NCBI GenBank assembly: GCA_021414205.1
Contig: JAIOOW010000003.1
Location: forward strand, 128,048-192,047
Reading direction: 5' to 3'
DNA: 64,000 bases
DNA from: Candidatus Anderseniibacteriota bacterium
Lineage (GTDB): Bacteria > Patescibacteriota > Andersenbacteria > UBA10190
In this document: positions 57,972-64,000 of the stretch, piece after piece
Layout: each line of letters begins with the position of its first letter
Position numbering within the stretch: position 1 is the first letter of the stretch
The notes under the pieces: model-generated
Database searches by the model: none
Seen by the model: the letters and a program-made list of their open reading frames with translations, nothing else
What the model was told of the DNA's origin: nothing
Position numbers and translations under genes: made by a program

Positions 57972-59007
57972 CGATCTTCTCCGAGAGGCGCAGGAATATG
58001 GCGCTTCGGATGTGCATATTAGTGTGGGGCGTCCGCCATTTTTTCGCATAGACGGAAAATTATCTCCTGTTGGAGAAAAGCCTATTGATCCAGAAGAGGG
58101 GAAGTCGATGATGGATCACCTTATGAGTTCGAATCCGGATTTTCCAGCCCAGCTTACAAAGAATCGACAAGTTGATTTTTCATACGCGCTGCCAGACGGC
58201 GTGCGATTTCGAGTAAACATATTTTATCATGTCGATCAATTGGCTGCCGCGCTTCGTTTAATTCCGTCGCGTATTCAAACCGTAGAGGAGTTGCATTTGC
58301 CAGGGCAGATACTGCAATTTGCTCAGTTGAAGCAAGGCTTCGTATTAGTTGTAGGCCCTGCTGGACATGGTAAATCTACAACGCTTGCATCGATTATTGA
58401 TTATATTAATGAAAATAGGAGAGAGCACATTATCAGTATTGAAGATCCGATTGAATATTTATTTTCAGATAAGCAATCAATTATCGATCAACGAGAAGTG
58501 GGCGGAGATGCCACATCGTTCGAGGAAGCAATCCGCGTAACACTCAGGCAAGACCCCAACGTTATCTTGATCGGTGAAATTCGAGATCAGGAATCGATGC
58601 AAACAGCCCTTACGGTTGCGGAAACTGGGCACTTGGTATTTGCAACGCTGCACACGAATGATGCTGGGCAAACGGTAGAACGTATCATCGATTCATTTCC
58701 CCCTGATCAGCAAGCGCAGGTTCGAAGTCAGTTGGCGAATGCATTATCCGGTGTTATTTCGCAGCGTTTATTGCCATGGACCACAGGAGGGCGCATTCCA
58801 GCAGTTGAAATTATGATGGTTACCACCGCAATCCGTAACGTTATTAGAGAAGGGAATATTCATCAAATTCCCGGCATTATTCAAACGAGTTCCGATGTAG
58901 GGATGCAGACGCTTGATGCGAGCTTGCAAGGATTAGTGGATACGGGCGCAGTTCGCTTAGAAGACGCTCGCGCATACTTTTCGAATGCTAAACGAATGGC
59001 GCGGTAG
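57958..59007 (+). CDS. pilT: Pilus retraction ATPase PilT
   Basis: GPAGHGKSTT, LRQDP, TLHTN, AIRNVIRE, GMQT. Confidence 0.95.
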   Translation: MRVIDDLLREAQEYGASDVHISVGRPPFFRIDGKLSPVGEKPIDPEEGKSMMDHLMSSNPDFPAQLTKNRQVDFSYALPDGVRFRVNIFYHVDQLAAALRLIPSRIQTVEELHLPGQILQFAQLKQGFVLVVGPAGHGKSTTLASIIDYINENRREHIISIEDPIEYLFSDKQSIIDQREVGGDATSFEEAIRVTLRQDPNVILIGEIRDQESMQTALTVAETGHLVFATLHTNDAGQTVERIIDSFPPDQQAQVRSQLANALSGVISQRLLPWTTGGRIPAVEIMMVTTAIRNVIREGNIHQIPGIIQTSSDVGMQTLDASLQGLVDTGAVRLEDARAYFSNAKRMAR

Positions 59008-59023
59008 GTGATATACTTTTTGT

Positions 59024-60232
59024 ATGGCAACGTTTTCATATAAAGCTCGACAAGCAAACGGAACACTGACGAAAGGAACGTTGCGTGCTGCCAACGAAGA
59101 GCGGGCGGGGAGTTTGCTACGGTCGCATGATTTAACCCCCGTATCTATCGAAGAAGTTAAAGAGGGGTCTGTATTAAATAAAACAATTGGCAATTTTGGC
59201 GTAAACATGCGCGACCTTATCATGTTTTTCCGAGAAGGTGCGTCGATGATTAATGCAGGTGTGCCTATTTTGGAAACATTGCAGGCGCTGCAAAAACAGG
59301 TTCGAAAACAATCGTTTGCATCTGTTATCCAGGAAATTATTTACGATATTGAAGCCGGAGAATCGCTATCCATCTCGATGAGCAAGCACCCTGCTGTATT
59401 TAATCAATTTGTCCTTGGTATTATTCGAACTGGTGAGGCAAGCGGAAAGCTCGGCTCTTCCCTTACGGCAATTGCAAATCAATTGGAAGAAGAATACGGA
59501 TTTCAGCGAAGCGTTCGTGCCGCATTGATATATCCGATATTCGTTCTCGTATTAGTTGTTATTTTGATTGTCGTTATGTTTACATTCGTGCTGCCGCAGC
59601 TGGTAACATTGTTTGACGATGCGCACGTGCAGTTGCCTTTGGTGACGCGTATGCTTATTGCGATCACTCATTTCCTCACCTCGTATTGGATAATCTTGCT
59701 TACGGTTGCAATAGCATTAGGATTCTTGCTTCGTTCTTGGCTCAGGACAACAGAGGGAAGGTATACATTTAGCACGTGGACGCTGCAGATCCCGGTATTA
59801 AAAGAGATTATTCAAAAAGTGTATTTGGCGCGCATGACTTCTATTCTTGCAACTTTGTTCGCAAGCGATGTTCCTATTATCGAAGCTCTTGGGCTTGCCC
59901 GCGAATCAATTGGGAATCGTGTATATCAGCGAATTTTGGACGATACGATTCAAGCAGTAAAAAGCGGGTCTGCTATTTCGTATGTATGGGAGCATGAACC
60001 GCATATTCCTGCCATGTTGACCACTATGGTTAACGTTGGAGAGAGAAGCGGGCGAGTTTCTGATGCATTCACGCAGGCGAATAAGTTTTTTGCGCGCGAC
60101 GTAGCAGAAGTATTGGAAAGCGTGACAATTTTACTTGAACCAATATTGATCGTCATACTCGGAATCGGTGTAGGAGTCGTGGTAGGGTCGGTGTTGTTGC
60201 CGATTTATAATCTCGTTCTCGTGATTTCATGA
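59024..60232 (+). CDS. pilC: Type IV pilus platform protein PilC (GspF family)
   Basis: GEASGKL, ALIYP, GERSG, LLEP. Confidence 0.93.
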   Translation: MATFSYKARQANGTLTKGTLRAANEERAGSLLRSHDLTPVSIEEVKEGSVLNKTIGNFGVNMRDLIMFFREGASMINAGVPILETLQALQKQVRKQSFASVIQEIIYDIEAGESLSISMSKHPAVFNQFVLGIIRTGEASGKLGSSLTAIANQLEEEYGFQRSVRAALIYPIFVLVLVVILIVVMFTFVLPQLVTLFDDAHVQLPLVTRMLIAITHFLTSYWIILLTVAIALGFLLRSWLRTTEGRYTFSTWTLQIPVLKEIIQKVYLARMTSILATLFASDVPIIEALGLARESIGNRVYQRILDDTIQAVKSGSAISYVWEHEPHIPAMLTTMVNVGERSGRVSDAFTQANKFFARDVAEVLESVTILLEPILIVILGIGVGVVVGSVLLPIYNLVLVIS

Positions 60233-60261
60233 GAAATTCATGATACACTTTTCAGTATGCA

Positions 60262-60902
60262 TAACTCGAAGGGAGGTGAGTGTATATGAATAAAACAAAT
60301 AAGAAAGGATTTACACTCATTGAATTATTGGTTGTTATTGCCATTATCGGTATCCTCGCTGCTCTCGTGTTAGTTGCATTAGGCAATGCTCGAGATAAAG
60401 CACAGGACGCTCGCATCAAATCGACGATCGGACAGCTCAGAACATTATCTGAGGTGTTATATGACAATAATTCTTCCTCGTATTCAACTGTTGGGACATG
60501 CTTTACATCTGGTACTGGTACCGGATGTTCCGGAACAGTTTTGACAAGCGTTAATTCGCTCAAGGCAGATTTAACTGCAGCCGGCGGAGTTCTGACTGCA
60601 AAAAGCAATGGTACGAACTATTGCATAGAGTCTAGTCTTAAGAGCAACTCAACGCAATTTTTCTGCGCGGATGGTGCTGGAAATGCGAAAGTGAATACTG
60701 CTGCTAAGTGCACCGCAGTAACGAGCACGTGTTAAATTAATTAACTCGAAGGGAGGTGAGTGTATATGAATAAAACAAATAAGAAAGGATTTACACTCAT
60801 TGAATTATTGGTTGTTATTGCCATTATCGGTATCCTCGCTGCTCTCGTGTTAGTTGCATTAGGCAATGCTCGAGATAAAGCGCAGGACGCTCGCATCAAA
60901 TC
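60262..60902 (+). repeat. 161-bp direct repeat (60262-60422 / 60742-60902), one mismatch
   Basis: Direct comparison; period 480 bp; mismatch at 60402/60882. Confidence 0.93.
60286..60735 (+). CDS. Type IV major pilin-like protein 1
   Basis: KKG|FTLIELLVVIAIIG; SD GGGAGGTGA; Cys-rich head. Confidence 0.93.
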   Translation: MNKTNKKGFTLIELLVVIAIIGILAALVLVALGNARDKAQDARIKSTIGQLRTLSEVLYDNNSSSYSTVGTCFTSGTGTGCSGTVLTSVNSLKADLTAAGGVLTAKSNGTNYCIESSLKSNSTQFFCADGAGNAKVNTAAKCTAVTSTC

Positions 60903-61227
60903 CGACATCGGTCAACTTCGAACGTTGGCAGAAGTCGTCTATGATAACAATGGTTCGAAATACACAACAGTGGGTGACTGTTTCAACTCAGATGCAGGTG
61001 CAATAGCAGCTAACTGCTTTGGATCGGAAACGAGCGTGTTGTCGCTTCGAGCCGATGCTGCAAGCGCTGGTGGAGCAGTAACGTCTGCTTCAAGCGATAC
61101 AGCATATTGCGTAGAGTCTGCGCTAAAGAGCAATGCTACAAGCTCATTCTGTTCTGATGGATCAGGGGTTGCGAAAGTAAATACAACAGTAGGTGTTTGC
61201 TCCAGTACAAATATTAGCTGTAATTAA
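60766..61227 (+). CDS. Type IV major pilin-like protein 2
   Basis: Same N-terminus as pilin 1, divergent head. Confidence 0.93.
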   Translation: MNKTNKKGFTLIELLVVIAIIGILAALVLVALGNARDKAQDARIKSDIGQLRTLAEVVYDNNGSKYTTVGDCFNSDAGAIAANCFGSETSVLSLRADAASAGGAVTSASSDTAYCVESALKSNATSSFCSDGSGVAKVNTTVGVCSSTNISCN

Positions 61228-61252
61228 GCATAGCTAATGTAAATTATGCATC

Positions 61253-61287
61253 TCGTCCCGTCCTCCAGCGGGGCGATTTGTTTTTTG
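61253..61287 (+). terminator. Terminator after the pilin pair
   Basis: TCGTCCCG...CGGGGCGA followed by TTTGTTTTTT. Confidence 0.7.
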
Positions 61288-61320
61288 ATAAACGAAATCG
61301 TTTGGCATACTGTTAATAGC

Positions 61321-62103
61321 ATGTTTACAGTACTTGCTGGGCTCGTAGGTTTTTTCTTGTTCTTGCTTGGTTCGTGTATTGGCAGTTTTTTATTGGTGAT
61401 AGCTGATCGATATATTTCACACGAGAATCCTTTTCTTGGCAGGTCGAAATGTGATTATTGCAACAAGCAATTAGTCTGGTATGAATTGATTCCTTATATT
61501 TCATTTCTCATTCAGCGCGGGCGATGCAGCTCATGCAAGAAGAAATTATCGGCGCACTATCCTTTGTATGAAGCGCTTTGTGGAGTGTTCGCGGTGGTAT
61601 TTCTGCAGCAGGCAGTTCTTTTGGGACAGGGAATATTTTTGGCATCAGCTATGTTTTTAGTTGCGTGCGTGTTGCTTATTTTGATTCGCATCGATTTATT
61701 GCTGATGCTGTTGCCTGACGGTTTTATATGGGTATTAATTGCTGTATCGTGCGGCATTGCCGGCATTGCTCACGCGCCTTTTAGTGACATTGCATTCGGC
61801 TTGCTTGCTGGTGTTGGGTTTTTGTATGTGTTATGGGCGGGTACCGGCGGGGCAGGAATCGGATTTGGTGATGTGAAATTAATGATACCGTTTGGGATTT
61901 TATTTGGATTCCGCGGAACGGTTACGTTGTTATTTTTAGCATTTTTTATTGGAGGTATCGTTGGAATACTCCTTTTGAGCACAAAGAAGGCTGGCGCAAA
62001 AACGGCAATTCCGTTTGGACCGTTTTTAGCCATTGCCGCGTTCGCCATCATGCTGATACCTGATCTTCCGCATCGTTTTTTCCAGCTGCTTGGAGTAGAA
62101 TAG
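61321..62103 (+). CDS. pilD: Prepilin peptidase
   Basis: GSFL, RSKCDYC, RGRCSSC, GFGDVKL, IPFGPFL. Confidence 0.93.
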   Translation: MFTVLAGLVGFFLFLLGSCIGSFLLVIADRYISHENPFLGRSKCDYCNKQLVWYELIPYISFLIQRGRCSSCKKKLSAHYPLYEALCGVFAVVFLQQAVLLGQGIFLASAMFLVACVLLILIRIDLLLMLLPDGFIWVLIAVSCGIAGIAHAPFSDIAFGLLAGVGFLYVLWAGTGGAGIGFGDVKLMIPFGILFGFRGTVTLLFLAFFIGGIVGILLLSTKKAGAKTAIPFGPFLAIAAFAIMLIPDLPHRFFQLLGVE

Positions 62104-62107
62104 ATAC

Positions 62108-62650
62108 ATGGAACGCGCGCAAGAAAAAGGTTTTTCGCTCATAGAATCTCTTATTGTCGTATCTATTATTGCAATCATGTCTGCATTGTCCCTGCAGGCT
62201 TTGCCCGTTGCACGAAGCCATCAGCAATTAGTGGCGGATACGGAGCAAATTCGAGCACTGCTCCTTGATGCAAAAGAGCGCGCATTGAACCAGGTCAGGC
62301 CTGCTGATTGTTTGAAAAATCCGAGCGATCCGTCAGATGTTGGCCGCGCACCATGCTCCGATGTAGGGATTGCGTTTGTGGGAAATCAGGTGACTGAATT
62401 TGCGGATACAGTTTCAAATAATCAATACGATGCAACAGATTATAAAATCGCGACATTTGATTTAGTTTCTGCGCCGGGAACAGGTTCTGTTGCATCCCTT
62501 GTCTTTAAATCCGTCCCACCCTCTACGACACTCTATGCAAACGGGAGCGTCCTCGACCCATCCGCAACGGCGATGATTGTATTGAACGGCTACGGCTCTC
62601 TTTCTCGAACATTGCTCGTGCACTCCTATGGTACGATTGATGTGCAATGA
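62108..62650 (+). CDS. Minor pilin (FimT/GspH-like)
   Basis: G|FSLIE prepilin motif. Confidence 0.85.
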   Translation: MERAQEKGFSLIESLIVVSIIAIMSALSLQALPVARSHQQLVADTEQIRALLLDAKERALNQVRPADCLKNPSDPSDVGRAPCSDVGIAFVGNQVTEFADTVSNNQYDATDYKIATFDLVSAPGTGSVASLVFKSVPPSTTLYANGSVLDPSATAMIVLNGYGSLSRTLLVHSYGTIDVQ

Positions 62651-63186
62651 ATATGAATGCTAAAGGATTTACTCTCATAGAAGTATTAATAGGCTTGTTT
62701 ATTGCTGTTATTGCATCTATTTCTGTTGCCCAAGTGATTGCTGGCACGAACAAGGTGATAGATTCTGGGAGGAAAACATTTATCGCCACTAATTTGGCAC
62801 ACGAAGGATTAGAGCTTACTCGCGAGCTTCGTGATACGACCTGGTTTACCGATTCCGTACGATCGAACTGGGTGAGCAAGAGTGGACTATGCCCTGACGA
62901 TAAGGCGACCTATACCTATACGATTGACCCGAATAAGGCCATGGATAATGGCGTATATGCTGGAGACGCTAATAAGGAGTTGTATATTAATAGTTCAAAT
63001 GGATTATGGGCTCCGGATAAAGGATCCGGGCCAGATTCTGGATATGCTCGCGTGATGACAATCGATTGCACACAATCGAAAGCTGATCCCGCGTTTGTGA
63101 CCGTCACATCTACCGTGAACTGGAATGGTGCATATGGCCCAAAAAACGTTTCTCTTACAGAATTGCTGTATAATTGGTTGCCATAG
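62647..63186 (+). CDS. Minor pilin (PilV-like)
   Basis: G|FTLIE, A..LA.EGLE..R. Confidence 0.85.
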   Translation: MNMNAKGFTLIEVLIGLFIAVIASISVAQVIAGTNKVIDSGRKTFIATNLAHEGLELTRELRDTTWFTDSVRSNWVSKSGLCPDDKATYTYTIDPNKAMDNGVYAGDANKELYINSSNGLWAPDKGSGPDSGYARVMTIDCTQSKADPAFVTVTSTVNWNGAYGPKNVSLTELLYNWLP

Positions 63187-63188
63187 AT

Positions 63189-63779
63189 ATGAAGACTGCG
63201 CAGAACAACAACATTACCGGATTTACGATGATTGAACTTCTTGTTGCAATCGGGATATTCGGTATTTTACTTATTATTGTTTCTGGAGTGTTTTCTCGGT
63301 TCATGTTAATTGAGCGGCATGGCATAGCTGAGGGGCAATTGATATCCGATCTGCGCTCGGCAATGGAATCCTTCACTAAAGAAGCGCGAACAGGATACGG
63401 ATCGACGTATAACGTATCGTCAGATGGAAAAGAAGTGGTATTTCGAAATCAGGATGGTGATTGCGTTGCATATCGGATTGCTACAACTGGAACATCGGGA
63501 GTGTTTCAGCGCGCGGATCTTGGGCCATCAATTTCTTCGTGCGATCCTGGGATATTTACTGGCAAAGATTCAAAGTTTTCTCCACTGACTGGGTCTTCTA
63601 CCGATATTAGCAGTATTCACTTTAATGCTGTGATTCCTCAAGTTGCAGGAGGTAGAATGAATCAGCAGGGAGTTGTAACTGTGAGTGTTACGGCAAGCTC
63701 CACTGTGAGCGACGTTCAACCTATACAATTTGAAAATTCTATTACATCTCGCCAAATGGCTCCGTATGTCCAAAACTAA
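63189..63779 (+). CDS. Minor pilin (PilW/GspJ-like)
   Basis: G|FTMIELLV. Confidence 0.85.
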   Translation: MKTAQNNNITGFTMIELLVAIGIFGILLIIVSGVFSRFMLIERHGIAEGQLISDLRSAMESFTKEARTGYGSTYNVSSDGKEVVFRNQDGDCVAYRIATTGTSGVFQRADLGPSISSCDPGIFTGKDSKFSPLTGSSTDISSIHFNAVIPQVAGGRMNQQGVVTVSVTASSTVSDVQPIQFENSITSRQMAPYVQN

Positions 63780-64000
63780 TACACAAAAAGGTTCTGTAGT
63801 TGTATACATCGTCTTGATGATGTTCTTAATGATGACGTCTGCTGCTGTTATTTTGTCTGGAGTTTTAAACAGGCATATTCGTTCTGCGCAGGATTATCTT
63901 TCATCAGAGCGAGCATTTGCTGCTGCAAATACTGGTATCGAACAAATGCTCTACAATGTTGCAAAATCCGGCGGCAGCGTCACGAGCGATGGAGCAATCG
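63766..64000 (+). CDS. PilX-like minor pilin, truncated by the window end
   Basis: MSKTNTQKG|SVVVYIVL (no Glu5), AFAAANTGIE. Confidence 0.75.
   Translation, partial: MSKTNTQKGSVVVYIVLMMFLMMTSAAVILSGVLNRHIRSAQDYLSSERAFAAANTGIEQMLYNVAKSGGSVTSDGAI

Noticed and set aside
60262-61227. Diversity-generating retroelement TR/VR pair
   Set aside because: The repeat is N-terminal, downstream differences are not adenine-specific, and no reverse transcriptase is in the window
1-64000. Alternative genetic code (TGA=Gly)
   Set aside because: rpsO, metG and pilC end at TGA at expected lengths and conserved genes are uninterrupted

Overview
Gene-dense bacterial chromosomal segment using the standard genetic code (TGA serves as a stop). 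Gene content and style point to a Patescibacteria/CPR organism (inference). It carries housekeeping genes (xerC/D-like, rpsO, pnp, recG, tsaD, valS, metG, clpC, recX), seven tRNAs, cell-envelope genes (two VanW, 3D, M23, murI, degenerate ddl, rfbB, cfa, CarS-like) and competence/type IV pilus genes (comM, comF, pilMNO-B-T-C, two tandem pilins, pilD, minor pilins). No CRISPR array, transposase or rRNA gene is visible. Most notable: (1) a candidate amine-signal module at 33.4-38.3 kb (EamA exporter, PLP decarboxylase lacking its catalytic Cys, stand-alone membrane sensor, small unknown protein, GAF histidine kinase); (2) a ~570-nt structured non-coding region at 8.8-9.4 kb resembling an rRNA promoter/leader/trailer with no rRNA inside; (3) a pervasive -10 box 6-7 nt before ATG, suggesting leaderless mRNAs, plus CDSs that start immediately after tRNA 3' ends; (4) tandem pilins sharing a near-identical 161-bp 5' block; (5) several enzymes with substituted catalytic residues. 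All calls come from motif reading by eye; no searches were run.
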